From Anthoceros angustus (lineage: Eukaryota; Plantae; Anthocerotophyta), in contig VJWM01000301.1 in NCBI GenBank assembly GCA_010909165.1, forward strand, positions 49,334 to 113,333: a stretch of 64,000 nucleotides of DNA. Direction: 5' to 3'. How positions within the stretch are numbered: position 1 is the first letter of the stretch; each line of letters begins with the position of its first letter. Made by a program: the position numbers and the translations under genes. The notes beneath the pieces were generated by a model. The model did not search any database. It was not told the origin of the DNA and saw only the letters and a program-made list of their open reading frames with translations. This document shows positions 1 through 12,395 of the stretch, piece after piece.

Positions 1-959
1 ACCCTGCTGGAATCCTTTCCTTCTCATCGCATAATTTTGGAGGCTCAGCGCACAGTCACTGAAGATGCTCCCTCCTTGGTGCAGCCACCACGGACTTGCC
101 CCGGTGGTGATGATCGGGCATGTTTCTCTCCCAAACTCCCATTATGCGGTGATCACATCCCGGCCTCGGAATATGTACGTGACCCCACACGGAATTGGTT
201 ATATATTATGGGCCATGCCATATCCATCCACGCTGTCACAAATGTCTTGAATAATGGATGACGCATTGGCGGGTGGTGATGCCCGCAAGAAGAAGATGTG
301 TCATCCATGCTACGTGACCGGGTCGGGACATGATCGATTGATGAGCGGGCACGTATGGTTGATTGGTCGTAAAACAAAATACATATGCAGGTCGAAATGG
401 CACATTGTACAATTTGCGTGACGGCAATGAATGCCTCGTTTTCGGTTTGCTCCACTTGGAAGGTGAGGCACCATGACCCACCATGACCCATCATTCACAA
501 CAAGTTCAACTCCTGACAAGAGCTGAAACATGGGAGACATGAGGTGAGCACTTTGTTCTCGATGGACAATTAGCAAGGTCGATCGTCGTGGCCACCTCCT
601 TCCTCTGCCGTTTCCTTGCACTCATGCTATGTTTTTTAGGAGAGCTTCATCTGGCACATATGCTTCCAAATGTTTTCATGCATCAGGATCTTTGCATGCA
701 TCATGTGGCGACACTGCACAGGCATGTAATCTATATGATGAAGGCGACCATGTTACTCTTTGCCTCAAAGCAAAAACTTAGTCGCTTGGCCACGTGGATC
801 ATGACTATGTTCGATGACTGGCGAGCAGCGATGTGTGTAGCCCTTGTGGTGGACTTGGCACGATGGAAGCGAGATCGGTAGAATACCCAAGCCGGTGGCA
901 CTGGAAGCCGGTAGTATACAGCGTGCAAGATCGCTGCAATGGACTTTGTACATGAGACT

Positions 960-1270
960 ACGTTGTGAATTTGGTGTAAAAGCGTCGAGGCTGATCTCGG
1001 CCTTGTCATACATTTTACAACATACAAGTGCGCTTTACAGCGGGCTGTGTTGTAAATTAGACTATGTTGTAAAAGTTGTGGGAGGCCTATCTTGGCCTCT
1101 CTTCGCTTACAATGAGTGAGGTTTGCAATGGATCGTGTTGTAAATTAGATTAGGTTATGCGTATGTTGTAAAACATGAGAGGCCGATCTGGCCGTCTCAA
1201 ACATTTTACAACGTACAATTGGGCTTTTGGACCGTGTTGTAAAACACGGTCCATTGCAAAGCCCAATTGA
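960..1270. repeat. Cluster of TTTTACAAC/GTTGTAAAA motifs ending in a nested hairpin (CACTA-like subterminal repeats)
   Basis: At least 7 copies of the motif in both orientations. Hairpin at 1216-1269: CAATTGGGCTTT/AAAGCCCAATTG plus GGACCGTGTT/AACACGGTCC. The same motif dominates 4900-5950. Confidence 0.55.
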
Positions 1271-1299
1271 ATGCTTTGTCTTGGGGAGGAGGTCCGTCG

Positions 1300-2250
1300 G
1301 AGAGAAGGCGGGAGGAGGTGATCGGACGGAGGTGTGTTTGGGTATAACTCTTCACTCCCACTTGTTGATCATTTTGGAAAGTGATGCTCCAACAACCGGA
1401 TCATCTCCGGTCCTTGTAGGATGGAGTCGGGTGAAAGCTGCGGATGCATTGCGTTGTGCATTCGCTGACTCCTCGCGGTATATATTGGTGCGGTGAAACC
1501 TCCTCACGGTGCGTTATATTCCTCTTCTTCATCTTCACGCTCTGCAATTGGAGAAGGGGTTGTGGAGCGTAACGATCGAGATGTCGTCCTCCTCTAAGGA
1601 TGCGAACCCCGCCCGGAGAGACTCCCTAGGCGCTGCGGCAAGCAAGGCGGCTAGGACAACCCTCTCTGCTGCTCGCAGGGACCCGACCGCTGCTGGGAAG
1701 CTCGAGCCGACCAAGCAGGAGCGCCCTCGGCTGGCAGTCGAGGACTAGGCGAGGCCATAATCGGGAGGACATGGGAGGTCCTCCATTGCGCTTAGCACAA
1801 TTTCTCCCACGCGTGCCCCTCGCCACTGCGCAAGAGGGAGCTCGGGGCCTCGACCATGGGCTGAGGCTATGTCTGACGGAGGAGGTGAGGCCCTCACGAA
1901 TTTCCCTCGAGGTAACCACGATAAGGATGTGAAGATTGTGAGCCTAGGCAGCGTACAGCAGCTCCTATCTCTGTATCGATGCAAGCATCTTGTGCGGTCA
2001 TGAAGCGGATCAGTGCGTGGTTCTGACTCTGTTCCACGGTCATGTTGTAAGCCGCCATGAAGTGACGGGTTTTGCTTCATCTCTGCTCCTACTCCCCGCT
2101 CTAAAGCTATCTAATTGCTTTGTGTCTTGGCAGGATCTCTTGAGGATTGAGGAGGATCTTGTTCCTCCCAAGATGACATGTGCGGTGAGGACTCGATGCT
2201 GAGGCCTCCAGTCCCTCCGACTCGGAGAATCCAAAGGAAGAGTCCTCCAG
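1300..2250 (-). pseudogene. Degenerate Ty3/gypsy gag-like fragment
   Basis: Manual minus-strand translation across frameshifts gives TRHFMAAYNMTVEQSQNHALIRFM...WEKLC...LQSVKMKK, resembling a retrotransposon gag core. Confidence 0.35.
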
Positions 2251-2299
2251 GGACGAGCCCGATGGGATTAGGTAGCAGGCATGTAGGCTAGTTGGGGTT

Positions 2300-2460
2300 A
2301 GATAGGAAAGTTCCGACTCCTAACCCCGGACCTCGAACATGCTTCTCGTGCAGCTCTTTTGAAAGAGCTTTCGTTAATATATCTGCGGGGTTTTCTTGTG
2401 TAGGCACATACTCCGGTTGCTTGACTAACGCTTTGCGTTTGGGATCGTGTTTGAGCTCGG
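2300..2460 (-). pseudogene. Ty1/copia RNase H C-terminal fragment
   Basis: Minus strand reads EYVPTQENPADILTKALSKELHEKHVRGPGL, the canonical copia pol C-terminus. Confidence 0.8.
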
Positions 2461-2499
2461 AAGTGAGATCAAGATTCGGAAGTGAGATGAGGAGTCAAA

Positions 2500-3170
2500 G
2501 TGTGAGCTCCTCTTCACTCGAGAAGGTCACCAGAGGATCCTTCAACCTTAGCGCTAAGGATCTAAATACTCCTATGTGTTTTCGGTGGAATCACCTCAAT
2601 CGCCATTACACTAATGACATTTTCCATCAGTCCTTCAACCTCTTCCGGATCTGCGGTGACATTTCAACATTTCAACATGCCTCTACATTTCGGATGTTAC
2701 GACTAACCATGCTTCGAAATCCCTCAGATTGGTTTTTTCAATTCGGCATACTATGTAGATTATCGAAGTGAAGGCCTATCGAAACTCTATACCTATTGCG
2801 TCTATTAGAAATTAGCTCGTGAGCGAGGCTTCATTGGCGCCTGGATTGGCCATTTCATTAGGCGACTTTGTCGCTAATATGCAAGAACTGCATATCATTG
2901 TATTACAAATCTTTATATGTAGCACAATCAGTGATTGTCCTAGTGTATCTCCATTGGAATTGCGGAAGGCGCAATCCAAAGGAAGTACACTAGGATTCCT
3001 ACCTAGATTCGCAGTTGCTATAAAATTTTCAACCGGTATACCCACGGCCTGGTTGAACTCACTACTCCACCATGGAGTAGAGATTATACATGTCTGGCAG
3101 CCCTTGATGAGTCGGCCAATTTTACCCCTAGTCTACCTAACATGCATATATAGCCCTACATGCAATATCT
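2500..3170 (-). pseudogene. Possible degenerate LINE (L1) 3' zf-RVT region
   Basis: Weak similarity only: YFLWIAPSAIP, NEASLTS*FL and IIYIVCRIEKTN to the L1 zf-RVT pattern; many stops. Confidence 0.25.
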
Positions 3171-3213
3171 AGAAAACGAATTCCCATGGTTCAAGGAAGT
3201 TGCCTTCCTCGGC

Positions 3214-3475
3214 CCTCGAAATAGGTTTCTATCTACATGCTACTTTTCCCAAGGACCAAGGAACATCCTTCCGAAACCCAAGACCAAGGACTAGGTTTCT
3301 ATCTACATACCATTTTCCCAAGGACCAAGGAACATCCTTCCGAACCCAAGACCAAGGACTCGAAATAGGCTTCTCTACTTGCTACTTTCCCAAGGACCAA
3401 GGAACATCATTCAAACCCAAGACCAAGGACTTGAGTCTTTCTTCCCAAACCCCAAAGACCAAGGACTTGAGTCCT
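3214..3475. repeat. Tandem repeat, ~70-bp unit x3 plus partial units
   Basis: Unit core TTTCCCAAGGACCAAGGAACATC..AAACCCAAGACCAAGGACT at about 3214, 3290 and 3359. Its reverse complement resembles the post-integrase region of the Athila element at 19060-19160. Confidence 0.85.
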
Positions 3476-3959
3476 ACCTATTTGAATAGATAGGACCGGA
3501 CTCGTAGCGGACTTGGCCACCGCTTCTCGGTGTGACCACACCAAGTAACCGTCCTCCCATCACCACTTCCTAGGACTCCCCTCTTGTGCGTGGGAAACTA
3601 GGCGAGGTAAGAGGAGCTCTTGCTCGCCTAACATTCTGCAAGGAGTCCGTGAGGTCCTCGGGTTAAACAACATGTTCAAGCCGACTTGTTGGATGAGAAG
3701 CTTGTTTCTTTGAATATGCAGTGGGTCATTGTGCTTCTCCTTCCAAGTCGAGCTCTCCAAAGCACAGGAGGTGTGCGGATTGGATATGGGAGTCGTGAAC
3801 CATCGACGTTATGTGAGTAGGGAAAGCTTCGAGGCCGTTGGAGCTCAGCCTAGCGTAGATAGACTATTCTATTCCTCACCATCTTATATGTGCTAAAACT
3901 TTGTGCGAGATAAGAAGGACATGGTTGTGGGATGAGCGTTCATGATCTCACATCAAACT

Positions 3960-4870
3960 TGGGTGCAGTCAATCACATACTTGGGGAACCATATCTTGCG
4001 GATGTATGTATAAGGTAGGCTACGAGGGTGGGCAAACCAAATCCCTTCATGTGGTTTTCAATAATCTCCATGCTACACATGGGGAGCCTAATGAGGCGAT
4101 ACAACTTTACTATGCGATGTGTCGCTGGTGTGGCGGATGCCCACATCTTTGTAGCGCCCTTCAAGCTTGTGCATTTCTTTGTGGACACGGAATCTAGCGA
4201 AAAGTGCGCATGATATGTTGCAGTGACATTCCACCGAACTTGTTTATTGCCAATCGGTGGACATATGTACGCAAAGTGGTGGAAGAGCACACACGGTTTT
4301 CGATAGGTTAGGCGAAAGGATGTCGTGACATGGACGGCCACGATAGTTGGGTATGCAAATCATGGGCTTGGCCAAGAGGCGCTTGTATGGACAAATGGAG
4401 AAGGAGGGCACGATTGTGGGCAACCTTTGCTTGCCTTCCGAGGCCTGTGCAAGCAAGTGCCTTACTGAAGGCGGGCGGCACTCCGCATTGTGGAGAGAGG
4501 GACTAGATAACACACTTGTGGGCACTTGCACGGTGGACATGTAGGCAAAGTGTGGCGAAGTAGAAGATGCATCAAGTTTTTCAATGCTTGAGCCCAAAGG
4601 ATGTGGTGACTTGGAATGCCACGATTCTTTGGGTATGGAAGGGCTTGGTCAAGAGGCGCTATTTTTGTATGGACGAATGCAGGAGGGCTGGTGATGAGGT
4701 TACTTTTGCTTGCCTTTTGAAGGCATGTGCAAGCATTGGTGCCTTCTGGAAGGTGCTGCACTCACACTTGTGCAAAGAGGACATTTGGATAACGTACTTG
4801 TGGGCGCTTCCTGGTGGACTGTATGCCAAGATGCATGCCTCGTTTTTTGACTTGGCTAGAAAATTCTTAC
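3960..4870 (+). pseudogene. PLS-class pentatricopeptide repeat (PPR) gene fragment, frameshifted
   Basis: Successive frames give YLGNHILRMY, KPNPFMWFSIIS, EGLDNTLVGTCTVDM, QVFQCLSPKDVVTWNA and DEVTFACLLKACASIGA, which are typical P/L/S motif starts of plant RNA-editing PPR proteins. Confidence 0.8.
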
Positions 4871-4899
4871 ACCGACATTTTACAATGCTGGCACTATTT

Positions 4900-6026
4900 A
4901 TAAATCGATAAATTTGTATAACATTTTACAATGTATTTGCAATGAACATGCCACAATTTCACTAATATATAGCCTCATAAATGACATAAATCAGAAAAGG
5001 TCTCTTCCACATATTTACAACGGCATTTGACAAGCATGCCACATCGCAATCTTACTAATATATAACCTCATAAATTACATAAATAAGGAAAAGGCATGCC
5101 ACATCGCAATCTTACTAATATATAACCTCATAAATTACATAAATAAGGAAAAGGTCTCTTCCAAAATTTACAACGGCATTTCGACAAACATGCCACATCA
5201 GCAAATAATATATTTATTCATGGATATTGGCTGGCTTGTGCATTTTACAACCATAGTTCTGACGCATGTGCCACGTCGAAAATATACAATAAAATGAATA
5301 ATCCAATAATATAACATAAATTGGAGAAACCATTTTACAATGATATTTGCAATGAGCTTGCCATGTCAGCAAATAATAAATTTATTTATAGATATTTATA
5401 TAAAATGGTTTTCATGCATTTTACAACCATAGCTACAATGCATGTGACACGTCAAAATACAAAAAAAAGATAATCCCATAACTAACATAAATCCAGAGAA
5501 ACATATTTACAACATCATTTGCAACGAACTTGCCACATCAGCAAATAATAAATCTATTCATAGATATTCCAATAAATGGTATTATTCCAAAAATCAAGTC
5601 TTGCACAATTTACAACCACATCTACAACAAACATGGTTTACAACGTCTTTTACAAGTACCGTTTACAACATCCTTTATGCCACGTCATTATAAATTCAAC
5701 AAAATGTAGTTTTATTAACAAATAACCCCCATAGTTTTCTAAATCAAAAGAGTTTATGCACAATTAACAACGTCATGTACAACGAGCAAGCCATGTCAAC
5801 GTTGTAAAATTTGTGTCAACATGCCATGTCAACAAATCCCGTTGTAAAATTCGTGTCAACATGCCATGTCAACAAACCCCCATTGTAAAATCCATGCCAC
5901 ATCATATTAGTTAGGAACCCTTGTTGTAAATGTTCAAAAACTTACAGGGCTTTGAGTAGTAAGAGTGTTGTAGTTTCCTCTAACTAAACTTAGACCCATT
6001 TGTAAAGAGTAGCCCTCCTTGTAGTG
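4900..6026. mobile_element. Right subterminal region and terminus of a CACTA (En/Spm) DNA transposon
   Basis: Ends in CCTTGTAGTG at 6017-6026 (reverse complement CACTACAAGG). Preceded by ~1 kb of AT-rich TTTTACAAC/CATGCCAC repeats. Athila sequence begins abruptly at 6027. The other terminus is not found in the window. Confidence 0.7.
5035..5154. repeat. Exact 60-bp tandem duplication
   Basis: 5035-5094 is identical to 5095-5154 (CATGCCACATCGCAATC...GGAAAAGG). Confidence 0.95.
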
Positions 6027-6045
6027 AGTCGGTGGGATTAGCCAA

Positions 6046-7273
6046 GTGGATTTTGTGTTTCCCTGCACCAAGTTGGATCATATGGCGAGACTCACTTCCC
6101 GGTCTTTCTTCATGAGGTGGTTAAAGGTACACAACTCGATTGGGCGGATGATCTTGAAAGAGCACCGTGGAGAGAGCGGCGCTCTCCCTTCCTCGGCCCT
6201 CCTTGATTTCACCTTTCTAATTCATGTATTCGCGCATTCCGGGTGTCTAACGGAGTTGGAAGCTGTGTCTGCCCTTCATAGCTGGAAACCGGTCAGGGAA
6301 CTCAAGGTAGAGGAGGAGGAGTGTAAGGAGGATTCCGGGAAGGATTCCAGCAGTTGGGAATGCGCCTCCCTAGAAGATTCGGATGAAGGTGGGGAGGTTT
6401 CCAAGGGCAAGAAGCGGAGGGCGGCGACGGCTGAACGGGGGTCGGCGAAGAAGGGAAGGACAGCCGCAGCAGAAGAGGAACCCACAGCTACACCTAGGGT
6501 CACCAGGTCGAAATCGCAAAGCAGGCGAGCGGTGAAGGAGGAGGAAAATAAAAGGGAACGACAAGTTGTTCCCCTCGTGTGTGGGAGGAGTCAGCTTAGG
6601 AGAGATTGGAGCGGATGAGGAAGTAGTGGCGAACCAACCCTAGAAGAGGGGTTAGTTTCGATAGCCAAGTCCGCGACGGAGCTCCGGAACATTTTTGGCA
6701 ACATTTCACTGATCCGTCCGGCTGAAGTGGAGATAGGTGACACCGCTCGCGTGCGAGAATTGTTGTGGAGGGGAATGGGCACGGGGGCAGCCCAATTCGG
6801 GAATCTGCACGACCATGGCTCGACGCCGGATCTCCTCGACTGTGCGACCATGGCTCTCACCGAGTGAGTGTGCAGGGCCAACAGGAAAAGTTGCTCAAGG
6901 AGAAGTTGGAGAGCCTAGAAGGCGAAAATAAGGTGGCAGAGGAGCGCAGACGGGAATGCGAGGCGGCCCTATGCAAGGCACAGGAGCAGCTAAGGGCCAT
7001 GACCACCCAACAGGAGGCCTTAGTGAATCAGGTCAAGGAGGCGCATGCCACAATTGAGGAGTTTCAAGATGAGGTCTCATGAGCCCAGAACAAGTGGAAC
7101 AAGTGGGCGCCCTGGAGAAATTCAAGAAGTCATGGAGAGATACAAGCGAGAGAAGTAGGGCTGTAGTCAAGAAAGAGGTGGCCAAACCAAGAAGGGCAGA
7201 GCTGGCAACCGCGATGGCAGAGCCACCACTGGTGAAACCACCACCACGGTGGCTAAACCGCCACCATCACTAA
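6046..7273 (+). pseudogene. Family G extra (env-like) ORF, 3' part, with coiled-coil C-terminus
   Basis: ORFs 6046-6618, 6765-7082 and 7079-7273. Acidic/basic low-complexity region followed by heptad-rich EKLLKEKLESLEGENKVAEERRRECEAALCKAQEQL. It lies between pol and the 3' LTR in the paralogous copy. Confidence 0.6.
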
Positions 7274-7879
7274 GAAGGAACCGAGGTGGGAGAGGTCACC
7301 GCAAAAGCCAGAGGTGGGGATACGATCCCCCTGGATTCCGTAAGGCAGCCGGCTCAGGATTGTCCACGGGAGGAGAGGGTAAGAACCTCCGAGAAGGGCG
7401 GTGCTCTGACGTCCCGGGCCGAGGATGCTCATGTCCACAACCTCGCATGGTGAGCGGGTGCTCACTCTAAATGTATGGTTATTGGGATGGGGGGCGTAAA
7501 CTATTGGCTGCACATCTTGGCCTTGCACTGGTTCTTCCGAGCAGGAGCGGGGCCTACCCCCAAGTGGTGATCAAGGAAATGAGCCAAGGATCGTGGGGCA
7601 GCCATGCTGGTGGAAAGAGGAGAGGAGAGGAGGAGGCAAGTGTAGCTCTCTCACATTGAGATGAGGCTTGGAGGGTATTTATACCCTCCAATGCTCCCTA
7701 GGAAGCTCCACAAGAAGCTCCTAGGAAGGAGCACAAGAAGCTTCCTAGTGATTAGCTTAAGCTAAACTAATGATACTTAACTGACACCTAACTTAGACTA
7801 AGTGTATTAGTCTAAGTACATTGGGCTTTAATACCCTTACAACCTCCCACTTAAAGGCCAATTTACCTTCGTGGAGAAT

Positions 7880-10800
7880 GGACTATCTCATGCCCATCGG
7901 TCCGAGCTTGTGCAAATTGCTCTAGAGAGTCCCTTGGTAAGAATATCTCGGGGTTCTGGTGTGAACCTTGACAAGTTGTACCCTCTTGTCGTCCAACACC
8001 TCTCGAATGAAGTGATACTTCACATCCACATGTTTAGTCTTCGCATGAAACACGATTCTTTGCCAATTGGATAGCACCTGCTATCACAATGCAACCGGCG
8101 ACTCAACCTTGATCCCCAAGTCTCCCACTAGCAAGCCATATGGCTTCCTTGCAAGCCTCGATTCGCAACATACTCGGCCTCTGTGGTAGATAGCGTAATG
8201 CATCGCAAACGAGATCGCCATGAGATCGCCCCTCCGGTGCGTGAAGACATAACTGATGTGGACCTCCTTTGTCCATATCCCGCATAATCGCATCTGTACC
8301 CAACCACACATGCATCTTCACTACCAAAACATATGCACAAAGCTTTTGTACCATTCGGATACCTCATAACTCCTTTTCGCCTCCCAATGCTTCTTGCGGG
8401 GTTTGACATAAACACCTAACCACTCCCCACGCAAAGGCAATGGGCGTGTAGCAATCATTGCATACATCAAACTCCCTACGGTGATGAGTATGGGACCTTC
8501 TCCATTTCGCTTTGTCCTCCTCGAGCTTGGGCAATCCCGCTTGAAAGTTTCACATATGGAGGCAATGGAGTACCCAATGGCTTCCCTTCTCCATGTTGAA
8601 ACGCGTTGAAGCACCACATTAATGTATTTCGAGACAAATAAAGCATGCTTATCTTCCGGCGAATACGCATGCCAAGTATATGGCTCGCCTCTCCCAAGTC
8701 TGTCATTTCAAAGTGAGCATTCAACTTTGACTTCAACGAAATCTCATCGATCTTGTTCCAATTAGCATATCATCCACATAGAGGATCAAAATGAGCAAGC
8801 TTTGATCCTTAGCTTATAGAGGCAATGATCCTCATCGCTTCGTTTGTAGCCTTGAGAAAGCATAAATGAGTGGAACTTGTGATACCACTCTGGGTGCTGT
8901 TTCAAACCATAAAGGCTCTTCCTCAACCCACACACGGATGCTCTTGCCCTTCTCAACAAAACCTTCGTTCGCATGTAGACGTCCTCTTGAAGGTCACCAT
9001 GCAAGAATGCCGTCTTGACATCCATCTGTACAAGTTCCATATCATCCCTGGCAACCAAAGCAAGAACACATCGCAAAGTTGTCATTTTGACTACTGGTGA
9101 GAAAATCTCATCAAAGTCAATGCCTGGTTGTTGCTTGAAACCCTTAGCAACCAGTCGGGCCTTGTACTTTGGTTTGCCATCAAGCGGTATGACCTTCATC
9201 TTGTACACCCATTTGCACGGTAGTGCCTTCTTATCCTTAGGCAACGGAACCAACTCCCAAGTTTGGTTCTTATGCAGCGAATTCATTTCTGACTGCATGG
9301 CCTTCTCCCACTTGTCTTTGTTACTCTGTGAGCCTCTTTGTAAGAAAGGGTTCCCCACAATCTGTCGATAACATAATCCGAGATGGATCATACAGCCGAG
9401 GAGGTGTAATCTGCACGACCGGACAGCACCTCTATAGGAGTGTTCGACTCTTGGTTCATCTCGGTGGAGGAATGTGCTCGCACATTACCACGGTATCAAC
9501 CGCCCATGATGATCATGTCCATCTTCTTGGAAGATCACCCTTCGCACCTCCACGGTTGGAGTAGGCTTCCTGTGCATCTTGTTCTCATTGAAGAACACGT
9601 CGTTAAATAACAACCTTTCTAGCCTCGATCCCACAAACGGTATCCCATCTCAGAATCACCATAGCCAAGAAAAATACATTTCTTGGACTTAGGTGCCAAC
9701 TTGTCCCGAAACTCTTTTGGAACATGGCGATGCCTCACAAACACTCGCAGATGCTTGTAGGATGGTTTCTTTCCGGACCATAGCTCCTCGAACCCCTCAT
9801 CAATTATTAGGAGATCTGTTAAGATGACGCGATGGTGCCAAAACCCATTAGGCAATCCAGTTTGACAACAAACTACGCATCCTCTCGAATGGTTCATTCA
9901 TCCGCTCGGCCACACCATTTTGTGGAGGAGATATCTGGCGATCAATTCTCTTTGATTCCTTGGAATCAGAAAGCTTTGAAACATACTCCACCATTATCGT
10001 CCACACTTAATCGGTGGCGGGCCGATTCTCTACAAGGGTGACAAATTTAAACACCGTGAACTTCATCCTTTTTCCTCAAAGGATAAACCCACACCTTGCG
10101 TGAGAAATCATCTATGAAAGTGACAAAATAGGAGGCACCGCCTAATGATGCGATGAGCATAGGTCCACATACATACATCGGTGAACCAACTCAAGAGGTT
10201 TACTTCTACCTCGTGTTCGATGTGATGATATTTTGTCTGCTTCCCATATAAACAGGCTCACACATCGAGAGATCGAGAGAAGTTAAACGAGGATATAACG
10301 AGCAGATAAAACCTTCATTCCCTTGAGACATATGTCCTAAAGCAATGCCACAAGGAAACATTTGGCTGCTCACACGTATCACATGATCTTTGATGTTTAC
10401 AGTGAGTACAAAGTGCCACACTTGATCCACGAGCTAACAAGAGAACCTTTGGAGATCTTCCAAGAGTGATCCCCAAACCAGCGGTAACCGACATCATCCG
10501 TCTGCGCTAATCATGCTCTTTGTCAACTTGAACATGCCTAACGTCCCCGGCATGAATGAAGATCCGTTGTCAAACTTGAGTTGCACATCACCTACGCTGC
10601 GATCGGCATGCATATTTCCAAGCCTAACGCATCCTTTCCTTGTAGCATCATACGTGTTAAACCACTCTCTATGGAGTAACATGGAAAGATGCACCAGTCA
10701 ATTATCCAATTGCGTAATAAATGACTATCCACGGTACATTAATTGTGATTCAAGTAAGAAGAGATAAGGACATCTCCGTCCTCAACAGTTTAACTCTTCC

Positions 10801-11555
10801 AACTGACATGAAGTCGCCTTCTTGTCGTCGCTTCTTCTCTTTTCCTTGGTCCTTTTGAACTTCTCGCACTCTCTTTGAAGTGACCCTTTGTGACAATAGT
10901 GACACTCCACATTCTTGTTACGACTAGATTTGCTACGAGAGAAGCTTCTCGGTTGCTTCCCCTTCGCAGGTGGACCTCCCTCTCATGAGGGCACCGGAAC
11001 CTTTGGAAGGTTCCATGTTTTTCACCTCCTCGCTTAACAGGCTACCTTCTACATTTACAATGGTAAGACCACTAGCGAGGCGAATTACTCGTATGCAGAA
11101 GGTATCCCAACTCTCCGTAATGTGACCAGAAACATAGCTCTCACACGGAATCAGGGCGTGATACCTTGAGATGAGCGGCTGAAAATGGTATTGAAATCAT
11201 TCGGATGATCGGACATCCTCGTCCCTTCCTTCATCTTCAAGTCCACCAAGTTTCAACCAATACACGAGAAGCGCACTTTGCTTCTCATACAGTCACATAC
11301 ACTTACGCCGTAACTCGTGGTCTTATCTTTCACATTGAAGTTGTTTTTGACAATGTTAGCATGATAGTAGATCTAGCAAGCTCATCCAGTCGCCACTCAT
11401 CACGTCATACTATCCGGTTTGGACGCCTAACAACTTTATGGGCTTGATGCTTTTTACGCACTAGAACATTATACACTTGTTCTTTCCGAGCGGGAAGTTA
11501 GTACCATCTAACTTCTCGATATTGAACATGACGTTTTCGGCGATGAAGACATCAT
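7880..11555 (-). pseudogene. Copia B gag-pol polyprotein (frameshifted)
   Basis: gag FNIEKLDGTNF; zinc knuckle ECHYCHK.GH..REC (~10910-10860); protease WII..GASFH (~10720); integrase KLAPKSKKCIFLGYG; RT ORF 8786-9391 with KARLVAKGFKQQPGIDFDEIFSPVVK and QMDVKTAFLHGDL; RNase H TTEAEY. Confidence 0.9.
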
Positions 11556-11699
11556 GACTCAAAAATCGTCTGATTAAACACTCAACTCGCCTTGTTAGAA
11601 AAGTCAAAAAGATCACCGTGTGTCTGTATTCCACGAGTATTCCGAATATTCGCGTTTTCTCTCGCCGCCGCGCGTTTCACTTTCTGCGCTGCCACCGTC

Positions 11700-12395
11700 A
11701 CGTGGCTGCGCTCGCGCCGCACGCCCGCCGCGCCACACGCGCTCGCCCGCCGCCCGCCGCCCAGCGGCCGCGCCGCCGCGCGGCCGCGCGCGCCAGCGGC
11801 ACCTGCGCCGCGCGCGGCGCACGCAGCGCGCGGCTGCACGCGGCGCGCGCGGCGCGCGCTGCGCAGCGCGCGGCGCCGCCGCGCGCGCGCCAGCGCGCGC
11901 GCGCCGCGCCGGCGCCGCGCGCGCGCGGCCGCCAGCGCGCCCGCGGCTGCGCGCCAGCGCGCGCCGCGCGCGCAGCGCTGCGGGCCGCGCGCCGCGGCCG
12001 CGCCCGGCGCGCCCGGCGCGCCGCGCCGCGCTGCGCCCTCCCCGGCGCGCGCCGCGCGCTCGCCTTCGGCCCGCCGCCGCCCGCCGGCCAGCGCTGGCCA
12101 GCGCCCGCCAGCTGCGGCCGGCCGGCCGCGCCGCGGCGCGCTGCGCGCGCGCGCCCACGCCGCGCGCGCTCGGCGCCGCTCGCCCCGCCCGCGCCGCGCC
12201 GCTGCGCCAGCGCTCGCCCTGGCGCCGCGGCTCGCGCGCGCGCCCGCGGCTGCGCTCCCGCGCCGCGCCGGGCCCGCCGCCGCCTCCGCCCGCCGCGGCC
12301 GCGCCGTCGCGGCTCGCTCACGGCCTCGCCGCTCGCGCCCGGCGTTCGCAGCCCTCGCCGCGATCGATCGCAATTCCAGCTGCGCGCCCTGCGGC
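11700..12395. other. Near-pure G/C low-complexity tract in the copia B 5' leader
   Basis: ~700 bp made almost entirely of CGCG/CCG words with very few A/T. Confidence 0.9.

Noticed and set aside
1-950. CACTA transposase-associated domain (Cys/His-rich minus-strand ORFs)
   Set aside because: Cys/His spacing does not clearly match; left unassigned.
1216-1300. Helitron 3' end
   Set aside because: A hairpin is present, but no CTRR terminus follows at the expected distance on either strand.
3214-3475. CRISPR-like array
   Set aside because: Units are contiguous tandem copies with no unique spacers, no cas genes, and a eukaryotic context.
3500-3770. Chromodomain or integrase tail of a gypsy element
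   Set aside because: No frame gives a convincing motif.
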